Source: an uncultured Candidatus Saccharibacteria bacterium (GTDB lineage: Bacteria; Patescibacteriota; UBA1384; JAGGWG01; CAZAJM01). Taken from it: a stretch of DNA of 59,079 nucleotides. The notes beneath the pieces are model-generated. The model made no database searches and was not told the origin of the DNA. It saw only the letters and a program-made list of their open reading frames with translations. Positions within the stretch are counted from its first letter, which is position 1, and each line of letters starts with the position of its first letter. The translations under genes and the position numbers were made by a program. The stretch covers positions 1 through 59,079 of the forward strand of contig CAZAJM010000005.1 in NCBI GenBank assembly GCA_964485625.1, given 5' to 3'. Shown here one piece after another: positions 1-8,740 of this stretch.

Positions 1-112
1 AATCTTCGGAAGTGCCAAACATGTTAGGAGAGTTTTTAAAGTAAGCAACAATTGGAGCTAGAATTGGCGTTGAGAGCTGCCAACGAATAAGGTAGAGAAT
101 AAATTTAACCAT
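1..112 (-). CDS. small membrane protein, GtrA-like family (runs off window edge)
   Basis: ATG at 112 reads MVKFILYLIRWQLSTPILAPIVAYF, open to the window edge; RWQLSTP is recalled from small GtrA-like membrane proteins. Confidence 0.55.
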   Translation of the reverse strand, partial: MVKFILYLIRWQLSTPILAPIVAYFKNSPNMFGTSED

Positions 113-203
113 AGTTAGAAATTTAATATTAATAGTATAATTTTACTACTTTTTTAAGTTTTTTAAAATAAAAAAGACCAATTAGATATTAAGAATATAT
201 ATG

Positions 204-584
204 CTATACTCCCAAACCAAACTGGTCTTGGTCATCTTCTTCATCTTCAGTAATACAAGACCACTGACTTAAATCTATTTCAAAACCAAGTAGATCAACC
301 GTTTCTGCCCCTTCTCTAAATAACTGTTCTGCTTCTGCTGCTCTGGCCAGAAGGTTGATATATATCACATAGCCAAGATCGTTCCTATCACAAACACTGG
401 TCTCAATCATATCAAACTGGTCCTGAGCAAATATTTCATCTATCATATTTAAAACAAGTTCGTAGAGAAATTCATCTTCTAGTATAGAAGCTGGGTAACC
501 AACCCTTCTTTCATCAACCAAACTGTCGATAAATTTGTCTATCTTATCCTCCAATGCTTCTCTAGTTGCTACACTTACTCTCAA
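204..584 (-). CDS. acidic hypothetical protein
   Basis: 126-aa ORF with TTG start; followed by long-loop hairpin (AAGACCA 174-180 / TGGTCTT 223-229) and T-tract. Confidence 0.5.
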   Translation of the reverse strand: MRVSVATREALEDKIDKFIDSLVDERRVGYPASILEDEFLYELVLNMIDEIFAQDQFDMIETSVCDRNDLGYVIYINLLARAAEAEQLFREGAETVDLLGFEIDLSQWSCITEDEEDDQDQFGLGV

Positions 585-745
585 AGAACAACCCTTAGCC
601 TGCTTATTGGCATACTTAATCTATTAAATAGAATGAGTGCTTTCAACACTTATTAGCAACGTCTTGCTCCTAGAAACTTTCATCTAATTTCATGGTTAGG
701 TTCTGTATATACCATGGCGCATAGTATTTAAAAAAATAGTAACAA

Positions 746-763
746 TATGCTATAATAAGCATA
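746..763 (+). promoter_or_regulatory. extended -10 promoter overlapped by an inverted repeat (putative TA operator)
   Basis: TGcTATAAT at 748-756; TATGCT-N6-AGCATA palindrome at 746-763. Confidence 0.55.
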
Positions 764-775
764 CAATTAATATAA

Positions 776-1063
776 ATGATGGCAAAAATCATACCCCAAT
801 CAGTAAAAACTACGCTCTGGTCGTATAATACTGAAAAAATTGACTTAAAAGAACATAAAAGAGCAATTATTGGTCAAGTTTTAAATTATGGTGATAAACA
901 GGCTACTGACTGGCTTTTTAATACTTACTCAAAAAAGGTGTTAAAAGAAGAGGCTGGGCAGATACCACTAGGGCAATGGGACAAAAAATCATTAGCACTA
1001 TGGAAACTGATCCTAGATATAGATCCTAGGCCAAAATCAGAAAGGGTATTAAATGACAAATAA
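776..1063 (+). CDS. DUF6922-like putative antitoxin
   Basis: LWSY...IIGQVLNYGD...WLFNTY pattern; overlaps the downstream AbiEii gene. Confidence 0.65.
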   Translation: MMAKIIPQSVKTTLWSYNTEKIDLKEHKRAIIGQVLNYGDKQATDWLFNTYSKKVLKEEAGQIPLGQWDKKSLALWKLILDIDPRPKSERVLNDK

Positions 1064-1691
1064 AATCCATTGGAACATTTTAGACAAGAAACGCACAAAG
1101 CACCTCCCAAGGCTGTCAGCTTTTAATGATAGTTTTTACTTAGCAGGAGGCACGGCTTTAGCCTTGCAAATTGGGCATAGAGATAGTGTAGATTTTGATT
1201 TTTTTACAGAAAAATCTTTTGATACAGAAAAACTTGAAAATAAAATAAACAAAGTATTTTCAGGGTACAAGATAAAAATCTCCCAGAAAGAACCCAACAC
1301 TTTATCAGTAACAATCGACAGTGAAGTCAATCTAAGTTTTATAAGCTATAAATACCCTCTTCTAAATAAGCTGATAAAAACAAAGCATCTTAAATTAGCT
1401 TCTATTGTAGATATCGGTGCAATGAAGCTATCTGCTATTATTAGTCGATCAACAATAAAAGATTATGTTGATCTCTACTATATAATTAAAAACATTGGTT
1501 TAGAAAAATTAATTAGTAGTACTGAAATTAAATATCCGGAGATTGATACTAACTTGATATTAAAAAGTCTTGTCTATTTTAAGGATATCAAAAAAGAACC
1601 AATTGATTTTAAAGAAGACAAAGAAGTGAAATTATCTGAAATCAAAACTTTTTTAAAGAAGTCTGTTCAAATTTATTTAAAAAAGCAGTAA
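1053..1691 (+). CDS. AbiEii/AbiGii-family nucleotidyltransferase toxin (type IV TA)
   Basis: YLAGGTALALQIGHRDSVDFDFF nucleotidyltransferase motif; C-terminal KDYVDLY. Confidence 0.85.
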   Translation: MTNKIHWNILDKKRTKHLPRLSAFNDSFYLAGGTALALQIGHRDSVDFDFFTEKSFDTEKLENKINKVFSGYKIKISQKEPNTLSVTIDSEVNLSFISYKYPLLNKLIKTKHLKLASIVDIGAMKLSAIISRSTIKDYVDLYYIIKNIGLEKLISSTEIKYPEIDTNLILKSLVYFKDIKKEPIDFKEDKEVKLSEIKTFLKKSVQIYLKKQ

Positions 1692-1732
1692 TAATAGTGA
1701 GTACGGGTCTTATTTAATTAATATATTACTGC

Positions 1733-2206
1733 TTAATTTAGTTTCCTAAACCTGCCAACTCTATTAGGATTGTATCTCAAGATCAGCTCATTTCCATCAA
1801 TCCTATACTCTATCTTGTACTTTGCTCCATCAGATCTATCAGTAATTCTTATCTCACTACCATTAACATCGCGAATATCAGAAACATCTTGGCCGCCCAA
1901 GACATAGTTTTCAACCATAACCCCATCTTCTATCTCAATAGAGCCGATTCCGGCACTGGGGCCCACCCAAGCGCCCTCTAGCTGAACCTCCTCGCTTATT
2001 GCTGGAACATATTGCTCTCTTACCTGAGAGCTAAACTCGCTGTCCTTGTCATGAATACCAAATAAGACAAAGTGTGCACCAATTAGCAAGAATAATCCAA
2101 TTACAATCTTAGTCCAAAGAGGAAATTCTGAATCACTACTGTCATTAATATTTCTGTAATACTTTTTTCGTAAATATGTTTCCAACTGTCTGCTTTTCTC
2201 AGGCAT
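1733..2206 (-). CDS. single-TM protein with lipocalin-like beta domain (paralog A)
   Basis: TM helix, then LEGAW and EYRIDGNELIL; SD GAGGAG upstream. Confidence 0.6.
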   Translation of the reverse strand: MPEKSRQLETYLRKKYYRNINDSSDSEFPLWTKIVIGLFLLIGAHFVLFGIHDKDSEFSSQVREQYVPAISEEVQLEGAWVGPSAGIGSIEIEDGVMVENYVLGGQDVSDIRDVNGSEIRITDRSDGAKYKIEYRIDGNELILRYNPNRVGRFRKLN

Positions 2207-2228
2207 TGGCTTGCTCCTCTGAGGCCTT

Positions 2229-2291
2229 TTTTAGCTACGTGCTTAACTAGAATACTACTACATCTCCCTTATTAAGGCAAATAAAAAGAGA
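2229..2291 (-). repeat. 63-bp direct repeat copy 1 containing a promoter
   Basis: identical to 2805-2867; on minus strand TTGCCT (2275-2280), 17 bp, TAGTAT (2252-2257). Confidence 0.95.
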
Positions 2292-2333
2292 TCAAACAAT
2301 ATATTATTTTAGCCTAGCAATAGATTACTTGAC

Positions 2334-2783
2334 CTAGTTGCCCTTACCTTCAATGAACTTTGAATATAGGAGATGAGTGCCTTCACTGTCAATCAATAGC
2401 AGCCTATCCCCGTCCAAACTGTACTCCATCGCTACCAAATTTCCATTCTCATTTAGTACCAACTGATCTCCATCTATAAAGTAGTCCTGATAAACCCGAT
2501 CAAAGTTACCACTGAATTCAACTCTGCCACTACTATTAAAAGTAATCGTCTTGGGCCCGAGAAAAATACCTCCGTTCTCTAACTTCCAGACTCCTTCCAA
2601 TTTACTCTCTGTGCTTAAGGGAATATTAACTTCCCCATCAGCCATCGCGGAAGTGTAGGTATCAAAACTATGGTTAGCAACTATTAACGACACAAAGATG
2701 AAAGTCAAGCCAATTCCAAGACAGATATTAATATACAATCGCTGCGCTCCTTCTAACCTATCATACCAGACCAGAGGGTTCAT
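2334..2783 (-). CDS. single-TM protein with lipocalin-like beta domain (paralog B)
   Basis: TM helix, then LEGVW and EYSLDGDRLLL; SD GGAGGT upstream. Confidence 0.65.
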   Translation of the reverse strand: MNPLVWYDRLEGAQRLYINICLGIGLTFIFVSLIVANHSFDTYTSAMADGEVNIPLSTESKLEGVWKLENGGIFLGPKTITFNSSGRVEFSGNFDRVYQDYFIDGDQLVLNENGNLVAMEYSLDGDRLLLIDSEGTHLLYSKFIEGKGN

Positions 2784-2804
2784 TCAGAGTACCTCCAACT
2801 CTTC

Positions 2805-2867
2805 TTTTAGCTACGTGCTTAACTAGAATACTACTACATCTCCCTTATTAAGGCAAATAAAAAGAGA
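2805..2867 (-). repeat. 63-bp direct repeat copy 2 containing a promoter
   Basis: identical to 2229-2291; TTGCCT (2851-2856), 17 bp, TAGTAT (2828-2833). Confidence 0.95.
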
Positions 2868-2908
2868 CGAATAAAGTCAATAATATATTTTGGCTAACTA
2901 AATTCGTC
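2866..2908 (-). terminator. long-loop terminator of the 2898-3410 gene
   Basis: GACGAAT/ATTCGTC 7-bp stem, 29-nt loop, followed by TCTTTTT; one arm lies inside the last codons. Confidence 0.55.
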
Positions 2909-3410
2909 CGTCCCTACCATGCTTTGGTGCTTGCGGGCAACCACTTCTTAAGAACATAGCATCCATTCCTGCATATACAAGTGCCTCCTTCGACTCATCA
3001 CTAAAGATCTGATTAACCCTATCATCATCCAAGCCCCAAATCTCGATGAATAGCTTCCTGACCATTCCCCTAAGCCTTGGTGTGCTTAAAATACTCTGCC
3101 AATGCTCTTCCAAATATGGCAACAAACTGCCGACACAGAATCGATGAGCTTCAATTTTCATCGTCATAGGACTCCTGAATTGGTTATGGTCTGATTCCTC
3201 TGGACTAACATCAACATAGCAGAAATATGGGTCCCTAATCTCATCTCCACTCATTCCCAATGCGCCAGCAAGCTCAGCTAGAAAATCAAAGTGAGGACAT
3301 ACTTTTTCTTTACTCATATAGAGAAAATAACCTTTCATACCCCCAACCATATCTTCTGTTTGAACATTAACAAATGTAGTTCCTTCTCTAGGATCAGAGA
3401 CTATACCCAC
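2898..3410 (-). CDS. hypothetical protein
   Basis: 170-aa ORF; SD GGAGGTG 6 nt before GTG. Confidence 0.65.
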   Translation of the reverse strand: MGIVSDPREGTTFVNVQTEDMVGGMKGYFLYMSKEKVCPHFDFLAELAGALGMSGDEIRDPYFCYVDVSPEESDHNQFRSPMTMKIEAHRFCVGSLLPYLEEHWQSILSTPRLRGMVRKLFIEIWGLDDDRVNQIFSDESKEALVYAGMDAMFLRSGCPQAPKHGRDGRI

Positions 3411-3470
3411 TTACTCCACCTCCATGTCAAGCTGCTTGTTTGCTCAACTAAATATTAATACAAATTAAAA

Positions 3471-3494
3471 AGAGAAGCAAATATATACTTCTCT
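3471..3494 (-). terminator. intrinsic terminator
   Basis: AGAGAAG/CTTCTCT stem, 10-nt loop, flanked by A and T tracts. Confidence 0.6.
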
Positions 3495-3508
3495 CTTTAT
3501 TTTTTTTC

Positions 3509-4990
3509 TTAGATAACAGGCTCAACGTAGATCGGGCTATCGGTTAGTGTAATGTTTTTAGCATTTTTAATAGTTTGGCTGCCATAGATATCCGTCACTT
3601 TAACTTGGCCTTCATTTACTAACTCTTTTGGTAACTCAGCCTCTCCCCAGAGAACATAGGTCTCATAGCTACCATTAATAAACTTGTACTGGCCAATTTG
3701 ACTATCGGCAGTTGTCGCTCCCTCTTCGCTCTCAATCTGCTCATACTCTTCTTCTACTACCTCTACCTGATCAAAGTAGTTTAGCTTATCGATTAGAGTT
3801 AGATAGACCTTGTGAGTACTGCTATTTCGCTGCTCATCAGTTAGCTCTTCCTCCATAGGCTCTTTCTTCTCCTCCTTATCTTCATCCTCAGGTGGCTTTC
3901 TGTCCATCATCTCTTCTTGATCCATCCCCCAGAAAAGCCAGTTTTGAATATATACCAGCTTCTGGGCCCCCAAGCTATATGAAAGGGCGGTTGCCTTAAC
4001 CATCTGTTTTTCAATCTGTTCTTTCTCTTCTTGACTGGGCTCATCCATCAAACTGCCAAATTGAACTTCTGTAATCCAGACCGGCTTATCTTCCAAGCCA
4101 TATTTTTCTAAGAATTTATTAAACTCAATCATATAGAGATCATCCCTGGTATCTGGGGTTGAGATAGTATGGTTATTGGCAATATCAAAGTACTCTCCGC
4201 CACCTTTGGCTAAGATAGGTCCCCAAAAATCTTTAACTTCCTGTTGCATACCGGCCATGCCTCCATTTAAGACCATGGCGCTACTATCGGCCGCCTTAAT
4301 AGCTTGATAGCTATTCTTTAGGGTATCTAGGTAATCTTGACTGCTACCGACAAAGAACTTCAATTCCTCTCCGGCTCCGCCCGTGCCACCTCCCTGCATA
4401 ATTGGCTCATTTATTATCTCCCAATATTTTATCGGCTCAGTTAGTCCAGGCATATCATCAATGCCATCGCCATCGTACCTCTCTACTGCTGCCATTAGAA
4501 ACTCCCGATACTCTTCCATCGAGCATGGCTTGCCCATCTTTAAGTCTCCCCCACTCTTAGAGTGCTCAGGCGCTAAATACTCATCTCCTTGATGGCAAGT
4601 ATCTTGGTCCCAATTAACAAAAGGCTGGATAATCACAATTGGGTAGGCCTCTCTGGTCTCTAAGATCATCCTTACCTTATCGTCCATCATAGAGAAATCC
4701 ATCTGATCTTTTACTGGCTCAACTTCACTCCAATTTAGATCACACTCTCTCACCCAATAGGCACCCATAGTATCGGCTATTTTGTTCAATCTAGACTCTT
4801 TGATGTCTTCTGATAAAGTGATTGCCTCTTGAGTACTGCCCTCTTCTTCTACCTCATCTTCAATCAGGTAGTACTGGTAGAAAAAATATCCTCCAACAAG
4901 CAAGAGAATAACCACTAGCAAAGCAATTATTAGATTTGTTTTTGAGCTCCTTTTGCCCATCTGCTCAACCTCTTCCATCTCCTTTTTCAT
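3509..4990 (-). CDS. membrane-anchored clan GH-A glycoside hydrolase-like protein
   Basis: N-terminal TM; WEIINEP (acid/base) and PVWITE (nucleophile) motifs; DGDGIDD loop. Confidence 0.75.
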   Translation of the reverse strand: MKKEMEEVEQMGKRSSKTNLIIALLVVILLLVGGYFFYQYYLIEDEVEEEGSTQEAITLSEDIKESRLNKIADTMGAYWVRECDLNWSEVEPVKDQMDFSMMDDKVRMILETREAYPIVIIQPFVNWDQDTCHQGDEYLAPEHSKSGGDLKMGKPCSMEEYREFLMAAVERYDGDGIDDMPGLTEPIKYWEIINEPIMQGGGTGGAGEELKFFVGSSQDYLDTLKNSYQAIKAADSSAMVLNGGMAGMQQEVKDFWGPILAKGGGEYFDIANNHTISTPDTRDDLYMIEFNKFLEKYGLEDKPVWITEVQFGSLMDEPSQEEKEQIEKQMVKATALSYSLGAQKLVYIQNWLFWGMDQEEMMDRKPPEDEDKEEKKEPMEEELTDEQRNSSTHKVYLTLIDKLNYFDQVEVVEEEYEQIESEEGATTADSQIGQYKFINGSYETYVLWGEAELPKELVNEGQVKVTDIYGSQTIKNAKNITLTDSPIYVEPVI

Positions 4991-5087
4991 AGATATATAT
5001 TAATTAATTCCTATTACTAAGCATTATACCACATTTAAGCTTTTCTGGTTAAATAAAATAAGGAGCAAGAAGAGAAATATTATAGTT

Positions 5088-5852
5088 TTAGTCTCTAACT
5101 ACTCCCAAAGAATTAACCAGCTCAACAGTTTTTCTAACCGAGCCTTCTAAATCGTTTAATACCGTCCGGCGGTCGCTAGGTAACCAATCATTATGAAACA
5201 TCATCCCAACCGGCTGACAATCATCCACCCTGTCCATAGTTGGGTCATAGATACCAGCAATCTTGTCGTAGGTCCTTTGAATAATGCTGATCATATCCCC
5301 GCTATAGCTATCCTCTCTGCCATTAAAACAAATCCCAAAATGGCTAAGCTGGAAACGAAAGACTTCCAAATCAATACCTGGTATATAGGGATCGGGCATT
5401 GTTTGCTGGTGAAGAGCCAGGCCTAAAGTAGACCAAACAATATTTGCCACAGCATCGGCAGCTACAAAGGCATTGATCATTCTCTGCTCATCACCACTAA
5501 ACTCAACAAAATCAATTCGACCACAACTACTGCGAACATTTGAAGCTCTGTGTATATAAACACCCGAACCGGAGCATGCAACCACGCTACCAACCAACTT
5601 AGTCTCAAGATATCTAATCACCAGCGCACTACCATCCAAATCGATATCGGCTAAGACAATCACATAATCATGATGTTTCTGAGTATAGCCAAAAATGGCT
5701 TGTGCTGCCTGATCCATCTGATAAAGACTGCCACAGCCACTACTAACACAGCTATATGTATAATCTCCTTCTGTCTGGCAAAACTCATCAATTGCCAAAC
5801 TGGTGATATCATCAATCCTACCATCATCAACAAGCACCCAGATCATGGGCAT
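5088..5852 (-). CDS. hypothetical protein with N-terminal receiver (REC)-like domain
   Basis: WVLVDD, VIVLADIDLDG and VVACSG match REC beta1/beta3/beta4; SD AAAGGAGG. Confidence 0.55.
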   Translation of the reverse strand: MPMIWVLVDDGRIDDITSLAIDEFCQTEGDYTYSCVSSGCGSLYQMDQAAQAIFGYTQKHHDYVIVLADIDLDGSALVIRYLETKLVGSVVACSGSGVYIHRASNVRSSCGRIDFVEFSGDEQRMINAFVAADAVANIVWSTLGLALHQQTMPDPYIPGIDLEVFRFQLSHFGICFNGREDSYSGDMISIIQRTYDKIAGIYDPTMDRVDDCQPVGMMFHNDWLPSDRRTVLNDLEGSVRKTVELVNSLGVVRD

Positions 5853-5895
5853 GGATTGCCTCCTTTAGTCTTTTTAGGCTACAGTTCCAATACTT

Positions 5896-5931
5896 AACCT
5901 AATATATATTTATAATTTTGGCAAATAAAAA
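5896..5931 (-). promoter_or_regulatory. sigma70 promoter for 5088-5852
   Basis: TTGCCA (5919-5924), 17 bp, TAGGTT (5896-5901); shares the TTTTTATTTGCC core with the 63-bp repeats. Confidence 0.65.
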
Positions 5932-5941
5932 AGAAGGTAGA

Positions 5942-6484
5942 TCAATAGGTTTCTAGCCCTAAGTGGTTAACTGTGGCTTCATATAGCGCCTCTGGTGCTT
6001 CCGGGTTAAATTGAGCTAAATGTAATTGATCACTACCTTCCTGTTCAACTAAATCATCAAAAGACAGCCCATTTCTAATTAAATCTCCTAGAATTGGGTG
6101 GCCAAGCCCATCAAACCTGATTAGTTCAGAAGTATTTCTTTTCTGAGGATTTCTAAGTAAGTGAGCCAAGTCTCTAGAAAGGTTTCTGCTACTTACATCT
6201 ATCGCTGGCAGCAGTATTAATTCGGCTTGGTAATGGAGGTAACAGATACACTGACTCTTGCCTACTCCGATAATATGACCATCAGGCAATACCAGACAAT
6301 CATGGTATTCCATATGGCCAATGGTTCTATCTGAGCTTGAATCCAGGCTAAAAAAGATTGGTCGCCATAGAGTAGTATCTACTAATAGTCTAGCTGAATC
6401 TGTTCTTTCTTCAAGCATACAGATAAGTGAGTAGAGCAAGTAATAACAGTTTTTGGTTATTGCATCCCTTCTGGCTATAGCCAT
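5942..6484 (-). CDS. hypothetical protein
   Basis: 180-aa ORF; own promoter TTGACA (6556-6561), 17 bp, GACAAT (6533-6538). Confidence 0.6.
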   Translation of the reverse strand: MAIARRDAITKNCYYLLYSLICMLEERTDSARLLVDTTLWRPIFFSLDSSSDRTIGHMEYHDCLVLPDGHIIGVGKSQCICYLHYQAELILLPAIDVSSRNLSRDLAHLLRNPQKRNTSELIRFDGLGHPILGDLIRNGLSFDDLVEQEGSDQLHLAQFNPEAPEALYEATVNHLGLETY

Positions 6485-6580
6485 CTTTCTCTGCCCCCTT
6501 CGGCTCTAGTAGAAAGCTACAAGTCCATCTATATTGTCTCTAAATTTAATATAATTGTCAAAGAAATTTTCTAAGAAAAA

Positions 6581-6611
6581 ATCCCGAATTAAGGACTAAT
6601 AGATTCGAGAT
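6581..6611 (-). terminator. intrinsic terminator
   Basis: ATCTCGAAT/ATTCGGGAT 9-bp stem with one G-U pair, 13-nt loop, T-tract. Confidence 0.7.
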
Positions 6612-6623
6612 AAAAATAACTTG

Positions 6624-6950
6624 CTAGCAAACTAGCCAAAAATAAATGATGTAATCAAGAAAAGAGTCTTCGTTAACATGCTCAGGAGAGCCAAGCTCCC
6701 TCTCAAATGAATCGACAACTTTATTCCTTTCAGCTATTGTTGTTTCTTCTCGTTCAAAGACCAAGGCGTAGTAGATGTCATCTCCAAATTGAACCTTAAA
6801 CACTCGGAAAGGAACTTGATCAAACCTATCTTCATAGCCATTAAGTAGATTTAACTTATTCTGACGAGATCTGTCGGCAAATAAAGCAGAATCATAAATC
6901 TCAATCTCCTCCCCCTCAATCAATGTCTCCCAAGTGGCTGATACACTCAC
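6624..6950 (-). CDS. acidic hypothetical protein
   Basis: SD AGGAGGAGG 7 nt before GTG; promoter TTGAAC (7019-7024), 17 bp, TAGTTT (6996-7001). Confidence 0.65.
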   Translation of the reverse strand: MSVSATWETLIEGEEIEIYDSALFADRSRQNKLNLLNGYEDRFDQVPFRVFKVQFGDDIYYALVFEREETTIAERNKVVDSFERELGSPEHVNEDSFLDYIIYFWLVC

Positions 6951-7062
6951 TATTACTCCTCCTCCTACTTCAGTTTGTGGTGCGCTGTCAATTTAAAACT
7001 AACACAATCACCTTAATTGTTCAACCTTTTTTGTTATATATACTTAATGTATAATAATAACA

Positions 7063-8286
7063 ATGGCCATAAACCAAAAATCTCAAGACTATCAAAAACT
7101 TTTTTTGGATATGAACTCCTTCTTTGCTTCTGTTGAAAAGCAGGTTCAGCCAAGCATTAGAGATATACCTGTAGGCATCACTCCATACACCGGTGATACT
7201 GGCTGTATAATAGCGGCCTGCTATCAGGCTAAAGACTTTGGCGTCAAGACCGGTTGTCGGGTAGGTGAGGCCAAGAAGCTCTGTCCGGACATTAAGATCA
7301 TTGAGGCCCGTCCTGCACTCTATATCATCTACCATAAAGAGCTCAAGAAAGTAGTTGAGTCCTTCTCTCCCTTCTATACCCCTCTTAGTGTCGATGAGTT
7401 TGTTATCAATCTAGAAAGAAACGAACAGAACAGAAAAACTTCCCTGGAAATTGGCAGGCAGATTAAAGAAAAAATTAGAGAAGAGGTCGGAGACTATCTA
7501 ACCTGCTCGGTCGGTATTGGGCCTAGTAAGTTACTAGCTAAGATGGCTGCCGAATCTAAAAAGCCAGACGGCCTAACTCTTCTTGAATTAAAAAAATTAG
7601 AGAACTTCTACTCTACTCTGGAGTTAACAGATATTCCCGGTATCGCCAAAGGAATGGGGAGAAGGCTTAGTCAAATTGGAATTAACAGCCCGCTTGAGTT
7701 CTACCAAGCAGATCTAGGCCTACTTAAAAGACACTTAGGCGTAATTGGCCGCTCTTGGTATTTTAGCTTAAGAGGTTACGAGCTGGAAAGTAGAGTTAAG
7801 AATAGAAGCATTGGTCACTCCTCTGTTCTGGCTCCAGAAGACAGAAACAAGAGAAGAGCTACTCAGGTACTTAGAAAACTAGCCCATAAAGTTGGGGAGA
7901 GAATAAGAGAAAGGGATTGGTGGGCAGAAGGAGTCAGAGTTTCAGTCAGTTTTCTGGGTAAAGGCCAGTTTAGTAGGAGCAAAAAAATAGCCCCTTTTAA
8001 AGATAATAGGAGTCTAAACATTCATATCGATAGTATTTTAAAAAACTGCTCCTGGCCCAAACCACCCTTAAAGGTAAGTGTCTCTGCTTTTAATCTAACT
8101 AAGCAGTTTAATGGGCAGTTAAATCTATTTGAAGATATAGATAGGTCTCGGCAAATTTCTGAAATGATCGATCAGATAAATAGCAAGTTTGGCCGACAGA
8201 CAATTAGCACCGCCTCTGCTTTTCAAGCTAAAGATAAATCTCCTAACCGAATTGCTTTTGGCCAACCGAACTATGAGATGGATTAA
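7063..8286 (+). CDS. dinB: Y-family DNA polymerase (DinB/Pol IV-like)
   Basis: LFLDMNSFFASVE, SVDE, LLAKMA motifs; C-terminal QLNLF clamp-binding motif. Confidence 0.9.
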   Translation: MAINQKSQDYQKLFLDMNSFFASVEKQVQPSIRDIPVGITPYTGDTGCIIAACYQAKDFGVKTGCRVGEAKKLCPDIKIIEARPALYIIYHKELKKVVESFSPFYTPLSVDEFVINLERNEQNRKTSLEIGRQIKEKIREEVGDYLTCSVGIGPSKLLAKMAAESKKPDGLTLLELKKLENFYSTLELTDIPGIAKGMGRRLSQIGINSPLEFYQADLGLLKRHLGVIGRSWYFSLRGYELESRVKNRSIGHSSVLAPEDRNKRRATQVLRKLAHKVGERIRERDWWAEGVRVSVSFLGKGQFSRSKKIAPFKDNRSLNIHIDSILKNCSWPKPPLKVSVSAFNLTKQFNGQLNLFEDIDRSRQISEMIDQINSKFGRQTISTASAFQAKDKSPNRIAFGQPNYEMD

Positions 8287-8295
8287 ATAAAAAAA

Positions 8296-8325
8296 CCGTC
8301 TTAATCAAGGGGGAGAAAAAAGACG
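8296..8325 (-). terminator. intrinsic terminator
   Basis: CCGTCTT/AAGACGG stem, 16-nt loop, T-tract on minus strand. Confidence 0.6.
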
Positions 8326-8326
8326 G

Positions 8327-8632
8327 CTAGATGCCGGGCAAGATTGAACAAATTATTTCAAGTGCTTGGATGTCATTTTGGAAAAAACAGAGTAGAGAGA
8401 TAAGTACTAAATAGAGGACAAAAAATACCATCATAATCAAAACCATCCCACCTAAACCAGATAAACTCTTATCATCTTTCATCTGATTATATGACCAAAT
8501 AGCACCAAAAATAATTATTGGTATGGGTGTTAGTAAAGTCAAACCAATAAGAACTCTATGGTTAATATTAGGCACAACGAGTAAAAAGACAAAACCAAGC
8601 AAATATGCAAGCAGGCTGATCACTAGTCTCAT
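8327..8632 (-). CDS. small multi-TM hypothetical protein
   Basis: start moved to ATG 8632 (SD GGGGAGG); promoter TTGAAA (8695-8700), 17 bp, TAGGTT (8672-8677); about 3 hydrophobic segments. Confidence 0.65.
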   Translation of the reverse strand: MRLVISLLAYLLGFVFLLVVPNINHRVLIGLTLLTPIPIIIFGAIWSYNQMKDDKSLSGLGGMVLIMMVFFVLYLVLISLLCFFQNDIQALEIICSILPGI

Positions 8633-8707
8633 GATTGCCTCCCCTGACTGTGAAGTTCCGAACATAAGTACAACCTAGCAAAAATATATTTTCTTTTCAA
8701 CCAAAAA

Positions 8708-8729
8708 GCCCGGTAGTAATTTACCGGGC
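8708..8729 (-). terminator. tig terminator
   Basis: perfect GCCCGGTA/TACCGGGC stem followed by TTTTT on minus strand. Confidence 0.85.
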
Positions 8730-8740
8730 CTCTTCTTTTG

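Noticed and set aside
580-690. Frameshifted or interrupted 5' extension of the 204-584 gene from the in-frame ATG at 683
   Set aside because: Two consecutive in-frame stops (TAA TAG at 621-626) and no homology evidence for a longer gene.
2229-2867. CRISPR array interpretation of the direct repeats
   Set aside because: Only two copies per family, 56-65 bp long, separated by whole genes; no cas genes.
6990-7062. LexA (SOS) box upstream of dinB
   Set aside because: GTTC at 7019-7022 has no GAAC partner at the required spacing, and no CTGT-N8-ACAG is present.
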